Of a stretch of 64,000 nucleotides of DNA, positions 1 to 8,974 are shown piece after piece (within the stretch, counting starts at the first letter, position 1; each line of letters begins with the position of its first letter). The notes under the pieces were generated by a model. The model was not told where the DNA came from, made no database searches, and saw nothing but the letters and a program-made list of their open reading frames with translations. Position numbers and translations under genes: made by a program. Source of the DNA: an uncultured bacterium (lineage in GTDB: Bacteria > Patescibacteriota > Saccharimonadia > UBA4664); contig CAVUEQ010000001.1 in the NCBI GenBank assembly GCA_963740635.1, positions 337,026 to 401,025 of the forward strand, written 5' to 3'.

Positions 1-905
1 TTGGCCTCCGGGGCTTTGATGGATGCCACGACTTCGAGCAGCTTGTCGACCTGCATGGCTGCCAGGTCCGCGATATTGTAGCCGTCGACTTTCACCGACA
101 AGGCCTGCTGGCTCAAGCGGGCGCCGTGGCACAGCTGGCAAGCGCCCATGGTGATGAAGGGGGTGATTTGCTTTTGGGTGCGCTCGGACATAGTCTTGAG
201 GTCGCGCAGGATGTATTTTTTGATAAAGGTATTTTCGAGGCCTTCGTGGGTGATGTTAATGCCGTTGACCTTCACCTTGCGCACCTCGGCATGCAGGAAT
301 TCGTCCATCTCGGCGGCGGTAAAGTCGGACAACTTCTTCGCGGTGTTGACGCCGGCCGCCTTGATGATGGTCAGACCCCAAAAGCTGCCGGGCTCGTAGC
401 CGGGCAGCTTAATGGCGCCCTCGTCGATGGACTTGGAGGTGTCTAGCACCAGTTCGCGGTCCATGGTCATCATGCGGCCCATGCCGTTGCAATCGGGGCA
501 CATGCCGGCCGGGTCGTTGAACGAAAACAGGTTGGCATAGCCGATAGACGGCCGGCCGACGCGCGAAAACATCAGGCGCAGAGCAGTGGCAATGTCGGTG
601 ACGGTGCCGACGGTGGAGTGCGATCCGCCGCCTAGGCGCTTCTGGTCGACAATTGCGGCCATGCTGAGGTTCTTGATTTCGTCAGCCTGCGGCTGGGTGA
701 GGTGCGGCAGGAAGTTTCGAACGAACATGCTAAAGTTTTCGTTGAGCAGGCGCTGGGCTTCGGCCGCCACCGTATCGAATACCAGCGACGATTTACCCGA
801 GCCGGACACGCCGGTGAAGACGGTGATACGCCGCTTGGGGATGCGGACAGAGACATTCTTTAAATTGTTCTCGCGGGCACCTTTGATTTCGATATATTCT
901 GGCAT
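1..905 (-). CDS. UvrA-like ABC ATPase (UvrA paralogue), N-terminal part; the gene runs off the left edge
   Basis: Own translation from ATG 903-905: MPEYIEIKGARENNLKNVSVRIPKRRITVFTGVSGSGKSSLVFDT (Walker A), later GMCPDCNGMG zinc motif. Frame is open to position 1. Absent from the ORF track because there is no stop in the window. Confidence 0.75.
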   Translation of the reverse strand, partial: MPEYIEIKGARENNLKNVSVRIPKRRITVFTGVSGSGKSSLVFDTVAAEAQRLLNENFSMFVRNFLPHLTQPQADEIKNLSMAAIVDQKRLGGGSHSTVGTVTDIATALRLMFSRVGRPSIGYANLFSFNDPAGMCPDCNGMGRMMTMDRELVLDTSKSIDEGAIKLPGYEPGSFWGLTIIKAAGVNTAKKLSDFTAAEMDEFLHAEVRKVKVNGINITHEGLENTFIKKYILRDLKTMSERTQKQITPFITMGACQLCHGARLSQQALSVKVDGYNIADLAAMQVDKLLEVVASIKAPEA

Positions 906-929
906 GGCTAATCTGTCCTTTTAGAGTGG

Positions 930-1358
930 CTATAGGTCACGGTATACTTCACGGCGGTGGCCGGCTTTAAGGATAAGTATCGTGAGGACGTTGTCGTCTA
1001 TTCGATATATTACCCTGTAATCGGCGGGGCGTATTCTGTACACATTGTCTGAGCCCCGGATTTTGGTGGCGCTAGCGGGTCTTGGCTCGTGAGCCAGCAT
1101 TTGGATCTTTCGTACAATTGTGTTTCGGATTTGGGCCGACAGCTTGCGAAGTTCTTTTTCGACTGACTGTTTGTAGAGTAGCTTATACATGCGGGTAGGC
1201 GCGGAAGTCAACAGCAGGCCCTCGGTGCGGAATTGCTTTACAAGATCATCGAAAGCCAGAGCCGGTTCATTTTCGCGCTTTTTGGCATCTTCGAGGTCTT
1301 CCAGATCTTCAAGTATTTGGTATTTGACCGCGTTCTCAACGAACGAACTGATAGTCAT
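930..1358 (-). CDS. Single ORF fusing a RelB/ParD-like antitoxin segment (aa 1-56) to a RelE/ParE-family toxin (aa 57-142)
   Basis: C-terminal part MYKLLYKQSVEKELRKLSAQIRNTIVRKIQMLAHEPRP..KIRGSDNVYRIRPADYRVIYRIDDNVLTILILKAGHRREVY is typical RelE/ParE. N-terminal part ..LEDLEDAKKRENEPALAFDDLVKQFRTEGLL looks like the cognate antitoxin C-terminus. There is no stop between them; the internal ATG is at 1188-1190. Confidence 0.6.
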   Translation of the reverse strand: MTISSFVENAVKYQILEDLEDLEDAKKRENEPALAFDDLVKQFRTEGLLLTSAPTRMYKLLYKQSVEKELRKLSAQIRNTIVRKIQMLAHEPRPASATKIRGSDNVYRIRPADYRVIYRIDDNVLTILILKAGHRREVYRDL

Positions 1359-1376
1359 GGATTATAACGTCAACAT

Positions 1377-1404
1377 AGCAAATAAATCCTTGGCTGGGCG
1401 GCAG
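1377..1404. repeat. Distal copy of an imperfect direct repeat (att-like) matching 3304-3332
   Basis: AGCAAATAAATCCTTGGCTGGGCGGCAG vs AGCCAATAATCCCTTGGCTGGGGCGGTAG: about 24 of 29 positions match, with one 1-nt indel. The right half equals the 3' end of tRNA-Gln. Confidence 0.5.
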
Positions 1405-1495
1405 TTCTGGTGTTGAGGTCAATATTAAAGAAATCCGGCCGTTGCTTGACCTAAGCGACGATTGTAGCGAGGCCGCAGAATGTTAGCTAGACTTG

Positions 1496-2143
1496 TTACG
1501 AAATAGCGTCGAGTTCCCCGCCGAAGCTGTCCATGGCTTTTTGGAACAGTTCTCGCGATTCATGCCGGTAGGCTTTAGCGGGAAGGCCTGGGTCGTGGAA
1601 GATAACATCATTGTCTTCAAAGCCGACGATTACAACAGAGTGTCCCATATAGCCGGACCGGTGATTGAGCACTCGGCTGTTTACGGGAGCTCGAACAATC
1701 CAGCCGTCACGAAGAGCTTTCTCCGCAATTTCAACCGTGGGCTTTTCGGGAATCAGGTTTACCTTGTTCAAGAATTCTGGAACGACCGATTGCTCATACG
1801 GTATGTCATGAGCTTTAGCAGAATAGTCGGCTGCTTCATCACCGAGCACTCGTCGCATGTAACCCAATCCATCCCGCTGAAAAGCGCGCCAGTCATGCGT
1901 ATCCCATCTTTTAATCTCAAATCCCTGGTCTGCGAGCCAGACCAAATAGTGGGTCGCGAATGCTCCCCCTTCCGGCGATTTGTGGGTTATATCTTCAAGC
2001 TCTTTGATCGAAAATTCCCGTTGTGGCATAAGAACAGCGAGCATCATCTTGAGACTCATGACTACACAGTGCTCACCATTGGGGAAAGCCTTGGTGGCAA
2101 AACTTGGATAAAAAGGAATGTCTTTGCGAAGGATGGCCTGCAT
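1496..2143 (-). CDS. Papain-fold (C39-like) cysteine peptidase domain protein
   Basis: 215 aa with a candidate Cys/His pair (NGEHCVVMSLKMM ... YMGHSVVIVGFEDNDVIFHDPG). Lower-GC region. The antisense 280-aa ORF is treated as a shadow. Confidence 0.45.
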   Translation of the reverse strand: MQAILRKDIPFYPSFATKAFPNGEHCVVMSLKMMLAVLMPQREFSIKELEDITHKSPEGGAFATHYLVWLADQGFEIKRWDTHDWRAFQRDGLGYMRRVLGDEAADYSAKAHDIPYEQSVVPEFLNKVNLIPEKPTVEIAEKALRDGWIVRAPVNSRVLNHRSGYMGHSVVIVGFEDNDVIFHDPGLPAKAYRHESRELFQKAMDSFGGELDAIS

Positions 2144-2278
2144 GAGCTCATTTTACCTGAGAACATGCCATCATGGCACTTGACAAATGGACGAATAACT
2201 GCATGGCCGGGGAGAGAGTATTTGTTCCAAACTCTTGAGTATGACGATGACCTGGATATGGACGAAATCCGCAGCCTG

Positions 2279-2833
2279 CTACTGCCTGATGAAGAGCAGC
2301 AAGAGACCGGCGATAACCCCCGTGGTCCCGATTAGCTTCTGGCGAGTGAGTTCGTCCTTGAAAAGAATAACTGCGAGCGCCGTGACGGCACCAATTGAAG
2401 CGGCGTTGGTTGCATTCACGTAGCCCACGTTTGGCGCAATGCTGATGGCATAAAAGTTGAAAAAGTTAAATCCTGCCGCAGCGATACCGATAAGAACGAA
2501 GGGGCGGAACTGTTTAGTTACGACCGCAAAGTCGATTTCTCTAACAAGCATTTCGATAATTATACAGGCAACGGCAATTGCAAAGAGGTACGTGAGGAAG
2601 ACAATTGTCGGCATGCCTTGCGATATCAGGTGCTTGGCCATGAGCGAAAGGAATGCCCAACACAAGAACGACCCGAGGGCAAGCGGAACCCAGGCATTGC
2701 CCTTGGCATGGTGAGCCTCCCTGGGGTTGATCATGATTAGCGCTGACGAGGCAACGATTATGGCGATTGCGATTATCGCCGGCACGGTTAGGAGGGCGCC
2801 AAAAAGAGGGACGGCTAGGATCGATGTTAGCAC
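2279..2833 (-). CDS. EamA/DMT-family membrane protein, short (possibly N-terminally truncated)
   Basis: 184 aa, about 6 TM segments, EamA-like C-terminal half (..GAVTALAVILFKDELTRQKLIGTTGVIAGLLLL). Full-length family members are about 290 aa. Confidence 0.55.
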   Translation of the reverse strand: MLTSILAVPLFGALLTVPAIIAIAIIVASSALIMINPREAHHAKGNAWVPLALGSFLCWAFLSLMAKHLISQGMPTIVFLTYLFAIAVACIIIEMLVREIDFAVVTKQFRPFVLIGIAAAGFNFFNFYAISIAPNVGYVNATNAASIGAVTALAVILFKDELTRQKLIGTTGVIAGLLLLFIRQ

Positions 2834-2940
2834 TACGTAACAGTGGAGCCCTTAGCTCCCGTAGACCTGGGAGTAGACCTAGCCACATGCGGCGCTCTCA
2901 TCCGTCGTCGATGTCTTCCGAGATCTTGGCAACGCCGAAC

Positions 2941-3201
2941 CTACTTCAAGATCCTCTTCACGCTGCTCAGGCTGATGCCATAGCGTTCGGCAAGCTCGCG
3001 CTTGGTTGTCCCCGAGTCCGCGTCGGCAGCAAGCTTGTGGATGGCGTCCGCACCAATTCGATCGACGAGCCGCCAGCGCCTGAGAGCCGGGGGAAGGGAG
3101 ACGGCGTGGCCAGCGCCGACCTTGATGGCATTCACCGCCTGGGCAGCCTGCGCGACTACCTCCCGCACTTCGGGGTTCGAGAGACGTCCCCTTAGGTCCA
3201 A
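2941..3201 (-). CDS. Small helix-turn-helix protein; C-terminus resembles a resolvase/invertase-type HTH (possible recombinase remnant)
   Basis: ..DADSGTTKRELAERYGISLSSVKRILK*. The track ORF (2941-3393) runs into tRNA-Gln, so I trimmed it to the in-frame TTG at 3199-3201. The start is uncertain. Confidence 0.35.
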   Translation of the reverse strand: MDLRGRLSNPEVREVVAQAAQAVNAIKVGAGHAVSLPPALRRWRLVDRIGADAIHKLAADADSGTTKRELAERYGISLSSVKRILK

Positions 3202-3303
3202 GCTTGTGGCTATATGGGTGGCAGAATTCGAACTGAATAAAGGCTTAACTGAGGGATAAATGAAAAAATAGTAAAAGTATGATAATATTTCGTGGCTTAG
3301 CAA

Positions 3304-3332
3304 AGCCAATAATCCCTTGGCTGGGGCGGTAG
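3304..3332. repeat. tRNA-proximal copy of the att-like direct repeat (see 1377-1404)
   Basis: Covers the last 15 nt of tRNA-Gln (3318-3332) plus the 14 nt downstream of it. Confidence 0.5.
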
Positions 3333-3392
3333 GGTTCGAACCTACGATTGACGGTACCAAAAACCGTTGCCTTACCACTTGGCCACGCCCCA
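3318..3392 (-). tRNA. tRNA-Gln (anticodon TTG), CCA encoded
   Basis: TGGGGCG TG GCC AAGTGGTAA GGC A ACGGT TTTTGGT ACCGT CAATC GTAGG TTCGAAC CCTAC CGCCCCA G CCA. Cloverleaf folded by hand; U1-A72 as in bacterial tRNA-Gln. Confidence 0.9.
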
Positions 3393-3484
3393 ATGTTGGG
3401 CCCCGATAGAGCTAAACAAGGTTAAATTTTAGCCTAACCCTTGTTCTTGCGCAAATGCAGCCGCTTATGTCATAATTTGGCCGT

Positions 3485-4513
3485 ATGGAGCTCTCCGCGC
3501 ACAACATTTTCAAGGTCTTGGGGCTCACCGCGATCTTTGTGGGCGGGTTGTTCGCGGCTTATATGGTGCGGGTGCAATTGGTATGGATCGGGACGGCGTT
3601 TTTCCTCGCCATAGCGCTAAATCCGTCGGTTGAGCGCATTAAGGTGGCGGTCCGAAGTCGCGCAACGGCGGTGGCTACAGTCTTTTTATTGGCAGCAGCG
3701 TTGCTAACTTTTCTGATCGCAGCCCTGACGCCGCCCCTCGTGACCCAAACCGAGCGGCTCGTCACTAATTTACCGGGCTACACCGACGAGCTGGTGAACG
3801 GGAATTCGGCGATATCCGACCAGATTCGGGCCAATCATCTGGTGGAACGGGTGAAGGACAGCCAGGCCGAGATTTTGAAGTACGCGTCCACGGCCGGCGG
3901 TTCGTTTTTCTCGATTTTGCAGCGGCTGTTTTCGAGTTTTGCTGCTGGACTGACGATTCTTGTGCTGACGGTATTTATGCTTCTCGAAGGGCCGCGGTGG
4001 GTAAATGTATTTTGGCGGCTGGTACCGGAGAAACGCCGGTCTCATGGCCGGGAGCTGGCGAAGCAAATGTATGGCGCCGTGACGGGTTATGTGTTCGGGT
4101 ACTTGCTGATGAGCCTGCTGGCGGCTACGCTAACGATCATAATGTTGTCTATTCTGCGGGTACCATACGCGGTGCCGCTGGGTATTTTGGTCGGAATATT
4201 TGATTGGCTCCCGCTAGTGGGGGCGACTATCGGCGCCACGGTTGTGGTGATCGCGGCCCTATTTCACGATCCGACTGCCGGCGTGGTAATGATTATATTT
4301 TTCTTGATTTACCAACAAATCGAAAACCATATTTTACAGCCTCTGGTGCAGGGGCGGACGGTGAAAATGTCACCGCTGATGGTGTTGATCTCGGTACTGA
4401 TAGGGATTGGCCTAGGCGGCCTGCTGGGAGCGATTGTGGCGATACCGGTGGGCGCGAGTGTTCAGATAATAATGCGGGATCTGCTAAAGCGCCGAGCGCT
4501 GGGCAACAACTAG
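3485..4513 (+). CDS. AI-2E family transporter (PerM/YhhT-like permease)
   Basis: 342 aa polytopic protein with family-typical ..GIFDWLPLVGATIGA.. and ..YQQIENHILQPLVQGRTVKMSPL.. Confidence 0.85.
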   Translation: MELSAHNIFKVLGLTAIFVGGLFAAYMVRVQLVWIGTAFFLAIALNPSVERIKVAVRSRATAVATVFLLAAALLTFLIAALTPPLVTQTERLVTNLPGYTDELVNGNSAISDQIRANHLVERVKDSQAEILKYASTAGGSFFSILQRLFSSFAAGLTILVLTVFMLLEGPRWVNVFWRLVPEKRRSHGRELAKQMYGAVTGYVFGYLLMSLLAATLTIIMLSILRVPYAVPLGILVGIFDWLPLVGATIGATVVVIAALFHDPTAGVVMIIFFLIYQQIENHILQPLVQGRTVKMSPLMVLISVLIGIGLGGLLGAIVAIPVGASVQIIMRDLLKRRALGNN

Positions 4514-4517
4514 GAAG

Positions 4518-4904
4518 CTAGTTCGTAGCGCCTGATTCGTCGAGGAAATCGCGAATGCGTGCGACGATGTCTTGAGGGGTGTGCTGGGATTTAATGAGGT
4601 AATCCAGGACGCCCATGGATTTGGCCTGGGTGATATCGCGGGACGTGGACTTGTTGCTGATCACCACGGCTTTGACCCGCGGATGCTGTTGTTGCAGTTG
4701 GTAGGCCCTCAGGAACTCCAGACCGGTCATGCGGGGCATGATCATGTCGACCAGGATCACATCCGGCTCGCGGCGAGTGGCTTTCTCAAGCCCCTCCATG
4801 CCATCGACGGCGGTGTCCACCGCGAATCCTTCCATTTCCAGTTTGGTGGCGTAGATTTCGCGCAGGAGTTCGTCGTCTTCGATCAGGAGTACGTGCTTAG
4901 TCAT
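4518..4904 (-). CDS. Receiver-only response regulator (CheY-like)
   Basis: MTKHVLLIEDDELLREIYATKLEMEGFAVDTAVDG..PDVILVDMIMPRMTGLEF..VISNK. Trimmed to ATG 4902-4904, which forms an ATGA overlap with the stop of the upstream ORF. The track's longer N-terminus is His/Arg/Pro-rich. Confidence 0.85.
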   Translation of the reverse strand: MTKHVLLIEDDELLREIYATKLEMEGFAVDTAVDGMEGLEKATRREPDVILVDMIMPRMTGLEFLRAYQLQQQHPRVKAVVISNKSTSRDITQAKSMGVLDYLIKSQHTPQDIVARIRDFLDESGATN

Positions 4905-5143
4905 TCCCGCACCAGCCGGTTCATTTTGAGGGCGTATTCGTCTATGATGGTGCGGTCTTCGGTGAGGAGGCCGAGCGTGATTTTCGTCCATTCAATCAGT
5001 TTCGGCAGGTCTTCGCTGGCGAGTTCCCGCGGCTCCTTGCCGAGGTGGAAAGTGATCTGCCTGGACACGAACCGCTCGGCCGCGGGGCCTAAGTATTCCT
5101 CCGCGATAGAGGTGACTTGATGGTAGAGCTCTTCATCGGTCAT
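4901..5143 (-). CDS. Small hypothetical protein inside the two-component operon
   Basis: 80 aa from ATG 5141-5143 (MTDEELYHQVTSIAEEYLGPAAERF..). Its stop overlaps the response-regulator start. No family recognised. Confidence 0.4.
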   Translation of the reverse strand: MTDEELYHQVTSIAEEYLGPAAERFVSRQITFHLGKEPRELASEDLPKLIEWTKITLGLLTEDRTIIDEYALKMNRLVRE

Positions 5144-5156
5144 AAGGCGTTCCCGT

Positions 5157-6110
5157 TCATTTGGCCAGTTCAATGCGCGCGAGCTTTTTGGCCCCGCGTC
5201 TTACAAACACGAATCCGACGGCGTACAGAATTAGTAAAGAGTATAGGAGTATCAGGATGGGTGCTAGTCGCATTTTGGCAAGAATGTTGACCGCGAATGT
5301 GAGTACCTGCGCTAAGCTGACGAAGATTATTACTCCCCAAAGACCGCGCATGAGGTCCTGGAGGGCCTGGCGGTAGAGCACGCCCTTCACTTTGGCGGCG
5401 TATTTGCCAATGTTGATAGCCGACAGCAGCCCGATATACCAAGCCGCCAGGTACGGGAGCACCAGCGTGAACAATAGGGTGCTGTGCGGCACCAGCGCGC
5501 TCGAAGTGGGTGTGGTTCCCGGGATAGGTGTCTGCTGGCTGGTCAGAAATTCCAGTATCAGCAGGACGGCGAACAGGGCGTAGCCGGCGGTGAACGCCAG
5601 CGTGCCAATGGTCCAGGTTTTAAAATGGGCAATTTTCCGGAGGCCGAGGGAGCCGGAAAACGTGAGGCCGAAGCCGATCAGGCTGGCGATGGGCGGTATG
5701 TGGTCGCGAATAACGATAAACGGGTTGTAGATGCTCGTGCCCAGCAGGTAGGGCATGGCAGCGCTAAACAGCGCCTGCGCGGCCAGGTACCCGATGATCC
5801 AGAGCAAGCCGTTGGCGATGCGGTGGAGGCTGCTGGATTCTGCGCCCTGGGGCAGCATTGACGCGTAGTTTTTGAAAGCCACAATCCCGCGGATGGCCAT
5901 GATCCAGATGATGAGCACCGGGATCAGGATCGTCAGGCGCAACAGGGTAAGCTGAGGGCTTGAAAGCCCAAAGGTGTTGGGGCCATAAGGGGCGCGCAAG
6001 GTTATGATCGCGTAGCCGGCCCAGGTTACTAAAATGGCCGCCACGGCGAACTGGCCTAAGTGCCAGGGGCGGTTGGACTGCAGCCCGGATGCCATTACGG
6101 TGCGCTCCAT
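5157..6110 (-). CDS. Polytopic membrane protein, unknown function (candidate sensory partner of the soluble kinase)
   Basis: 317 aa with about 8 hydrophobic segments. Its start overlaps the stop of the upstream kinase by 16 nt. Confidence 0.6.
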   Translation of the reverse strand: MERTVMASGLQSNRPWHLGQFAVAAILVTWAGYAIITLRAPYGPNTFGLSSPQLTLLRLTILIPVLIIWIMAIRGIVAFKNYASMLPQGAESSSLHRIANGLLWIIGYLAAQALFSAAMPYLLGTSIYNPFIVIRDHIPPIASLIGFGLTFSGSLGLRKIAHFKTWTIGTLAFTAGYALFAVLLILEFLTSQQTPIPGTTPTSSALVPHSTLLFTLVLPYLAAWYIGLLSAINIGKYAAKVKGVLYRQALQDLMRGLWGVIIFVSLAQVLTFAVNILAKMRLAPILILLYSLLILYAVGFVFVRRGAKKLARIELAK

Positions 6111-7354
6111 TTTATGGGCAGGCTGACGGCGAATGTAGTCCCCGTGCCCGGCTTAGACGTGACCTCGATGCTGCCGCTGTGGAGCTCAATAATGCTCTTG
6201 GTGAGGAACAGGCCCAGGCCGGTGCCGCCGACGTGGGCGGACAGCTCGTTGGGCAGGCGCGAGAATTTGGTGAAAAGCTTGGCCTGGTCGGTCTCGGAGA
6301 TTCCAACGCCCTGATCGGCCACGCACAGACTGGCGTGGTCTTGGCGGCGTGACAAGGTGACATGTATGCGGCCGCTGGGCGGGGTGTATTTGCTGGCGTT
6401 AGAGACCAGGTTGTCGATGACCATGCGGATGCGTTTGCCGTCGATGAGCGCTTTGAGCTGGTTGGGGGTTTTGAGAGTGAGGCTTTGGCGCCGGGCCTTG
6501 ATGGTTCCCAGGTGCTCGGTGACCGAATCGCGGACGATCGGGACGATATCTTCATAATCCGGGTCGAGCTCGAACCGGCCGGCGTCGACCAGGGCGACGT
6601 CGAGCAGGTCCTCGATGACTTGCAGCTGGTGGTTGTTGCTGTCGGCGGCTTTGTTGAGGTATTTGCGCTGAATGTCGGTGATAGGGCCGAAGTCGCCGGC
6701 CGTAATCATCGAGAGGATGGACTTGACGGCCGTGGCGGGGGTGCGAAGTTGATGGCTGGCCAGCGACACGAATTCGTCCTTGGCGATGTCGAGCTGCCGT
6801 TCGCCGGTGAGGTCGCGGAACACCTCGATAGCCCCCACCGGGATGCCGCCCGTAACGATCGCCGAGATGGTGAGATGGACCGGGATGGCGTTTCCGGTCT
6901 TGGTGAGGTAGTTGGCGTAGGTTGAAATAGTTTTCCCGGTCGTGAGGGCTTTGATGATGGGGCGCGACATGGGCGTAAGGGGTTGCGAAAACCGGTCGAC
7001 GGCAATGATGGTTTTGGGGAACCATTTGCCGATTAATTCCGCTTCGGGAAACCCCAGGGCGGTGGCGGCGTAGGCGTTGACCATGGTTATGACCCCGTGC
7101 GAATCGGTGGCAATCAAGCCCTCGCCCAGATTGTTGAGCATGGCTTCGTTTTTGAGCTGGTATTCTTCGACGGCCGCGCTGGTCCGGCGCAGCTCCTGCT
7201 GGAGCCTATGAATATACTGGGCTTCCGATTCCCCGTCGTGGATGGAGTAGATTTTGCGTCCGGGACCGGGACGAGTTGAATGAATGCCTTTGACGTCTCT
7301 CAAATCGCATGCTCCGCCATCATGAATACTGGCATTAATTCTATATAGCGCCAA
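6095..7354 (-). CDS. Soluble PAS-domain sensor histidine kinase
   Basis: PAS-like LGEGLIATDSHGVITMVNAYAATALGF. HisKA H-box FVSLASHQLRTPATAV. HATPase N/G boxes (DNLVSNASKYT, ADQGVGI, GGTGLGL). No TM segment. The start (TTG 7352-7354) is uncertain. Confidence 0.85.
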   Translation of the reverse strand: MALYRINASIHDGGACDLRDVKGIHSTRPGPGRKIYSIHDGESEAQYIHRLQQELRRTSAAVEEYQLKNEAMLNNLGEGLIATDSHGVITMVNAYAATALGFPEAELIGKWFPKTIIAVDRFSQPLTPMSRPIIKALTTGKTISTYANYLTKTGNAIPVHLTISAIVTGGIPVGAIEVFRDLTGERQLDIAKDEFVSLASHQLRTPATAVKSILSMITAGDFGPITDIQRKYLNKAADSNNHQLQVIEDLLDVALVDAGRFELDPDYEDIVPIVRDSVTEHLGTIKARRQSLTLKTPNQLKALIDGKRIRMVIDNLVSNASKYTPPSGRIHVTLSRRQDHASLCVADQGVGISETDQAKLFTKFSRLPNELSAHVGGTGLGLFLTKSIIELHSGSIEVTSKPGTGTTFAVSLPIKWSAP

Positions 7355-7507
7355 ATGCTTAAGGCTTTAACATAAAAGACAAGAAATGCTCCCATAAGCG
7401 GGTGAAATTCAGATTTTGGCATATACTCAGCTGCTTACCAGCTTGATCTGAGGCCGATCTTCCGGGCAAACCTGTTCCCGGAAAATACCTACTTTTTCGG
7501 AGGCATA

Positions 7508-8974
7508 CTAAAAGGTAGGTAATTTTGTCCTGTGCCAGCGGGGTCCGGCGGGCGTGTCATCGAGGCCGATACCTTGCTCCGCTAACTTATCGCGCAACTC
7601 GTCGGCCTTGGCCCAGTCTTTGGCCTGGCGGGCTGTTTCGCGGGCGGCGATGCGCTTCTTTTGATCGGCGGTGATGTCTGTATTTTTGGAAAGATCTAAT
7701 CCCAGTAAACGGTCGACTTCTTCCAGGAAAACATTGAAATATGGAATTGTGCTCTTGTGTGGTAGTTCATTTGAGGTGAGCGTGTAAAGGCTACTTAGCA
7801 TTGCCAAGGCTTTGGGAGTGTTTAGGTCATCTTCCATGTGCTCCGTAATCCCACCCAAAGTATGATCGTATTCACCTTCCCGTGTACCCCGATGGCTGTC
7901 ACTAGGCTGGAACCGGAGTGCGGCAAGCGCATGATAGTTGAGTAGCCGGTTTTGGGCGGCTTCGAGGGAGTCCCAGGTGAAGTTGAGCTCAGAACGGTAG
8001 TGGGCCTGGAGGTAGAGCAGGCGCAGGGCGAGCGGGTGGAAGCCGCGGTCGGTAACTTCCTTGAGGGTGTAGGCGTTGCCTTTGGACTTGGACATTTTGA
8101 CGCCGTCGACGAGGTTGAATTCGTTGTGGACCCAGGTGTGCGCGAGGGGGTGGCCGAAGGCGGCTTCGGTTTGGGCCATTTCGTTGGGGTGGTGGGTGCC
8201 GATGTGGTCGACGCCGCCGGTGTGGATGTCGATGGGGTCGCCGAGGGTGGCATGGATGATGGCCGAGCATTCGAGGTGCCAGCCGGGGAAGCCGTCGCCC
8301 CAGGGTGAGCGCCAGTGCATGGTGTGGCCGGCGTAACGGCCGACGGTGAAGAACCAGACCGCGAAGTCGTGAGGGTGGTGCTTATCGGGGTCGGTGACAA
8401 CTCCGGTGCGGGCGGCGACCTCTTTGTCTGCGAGTTTTTGGCCGGATAATTCGCCGTACGAAGGCAATTTGGTCACGTCGAAATAGATGGCCTGCTTGGT
8501 AATGTAGGCATAACCTTTGTAGATAAGCGTTTTTACCATGCTGACCTGCTCGGGAATGAAGTCGGTGGCGCGGGCGTAAGTATCATGGAACTGTAAGTTT
8601 TTTTCGCGCTTCGGATCGACGCTGGGCGGTAGGATGTTTAGGGCGGCCATGTCGCGCTTGAAGGCCTCGGTGTAATGCTCGGCGACTTCCCAGACGGTTT
8701 TGCCTTCGCGCGCGGCGCCTTTTTCGAGTTTGTCCTCGCCCTCGTCGGCGTCTGATACCAGATGGCCGACGTCGGTGATGTTCATGGTGTGCTTCACTTT
8801 GTAGCCGTTAGCTTCGAGCGTGCGGCGGAGGGTGTCGTTGAAGACCGCGTTGCGGAGGTTGCCGATGTGGTAGTAGTTGTAGACCGTGGGACCACAGGTG
8901 TAAAGCGTGACTTCGCCTGGTTTCTGCGGCTTGAAGTCCTCGACTTTACGCGTTAGCGTGTTGTGCAGGCGCAT
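7508..8974 (-). CDS. cysS: Cysteinyl-tRNA synthetase
   Basis: MRLHNTLTRKVEDFKPQKPGEVTLYTCGPTVYNYYHIGNLR (HIGH region) and KMSKSKGN. Confidence 0.95.
   Translation of the reverse strand: MRLHNTLTRKVEDFKPQKPGEVTLYTCGPTVYNYYHIGNLRNAVFNDTLRRTLEANGYKVKHTMNITDVGHLVSDADEGEDKLEKGAAREGKTVWEVAEHYTEAFKRDMAALNILPPSVDPKREKNLQFHDTYARATDFIPEQVSMVKTLIYKGYAYITKQAIYFDVTKLPSYGELSGQKLADKEVAARTGVVTDPDKHHPHDFAVWFFTVGRYAGHTMHWRSPWGDGFPGWHLECSAIIHATLGDPIDIHTGGVDHIGTHHPNEMAQTEAAFGHPLAHTWVHNEFNLVDGVKMSKSKGNAYTLKEVTDRGFHPLALRLLYLQAHYRSELNFTWDSLEAAQNRLLNYHALAALRFQPSDSHRGTREGEYDHTLGGITEHMEDDLNTPKALAMLSSLYTLTSNELPHKSTIPYFNVFLEEVDRLLGLDLSKNTDITADQKKRIAARETARQAKDWAKADELRDKLAEQGIGLDDTPAGPRWHRTKLPTF

Noticed and set aside
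2941-3393. 150-aa track ORF spanning 2941-3393.
   Set aside because: Its 5' third is the complement of tRNA-Gln and AT-rich spacer. Only the 3' part (the HTH-like end) is kept, as a low-confidence call.
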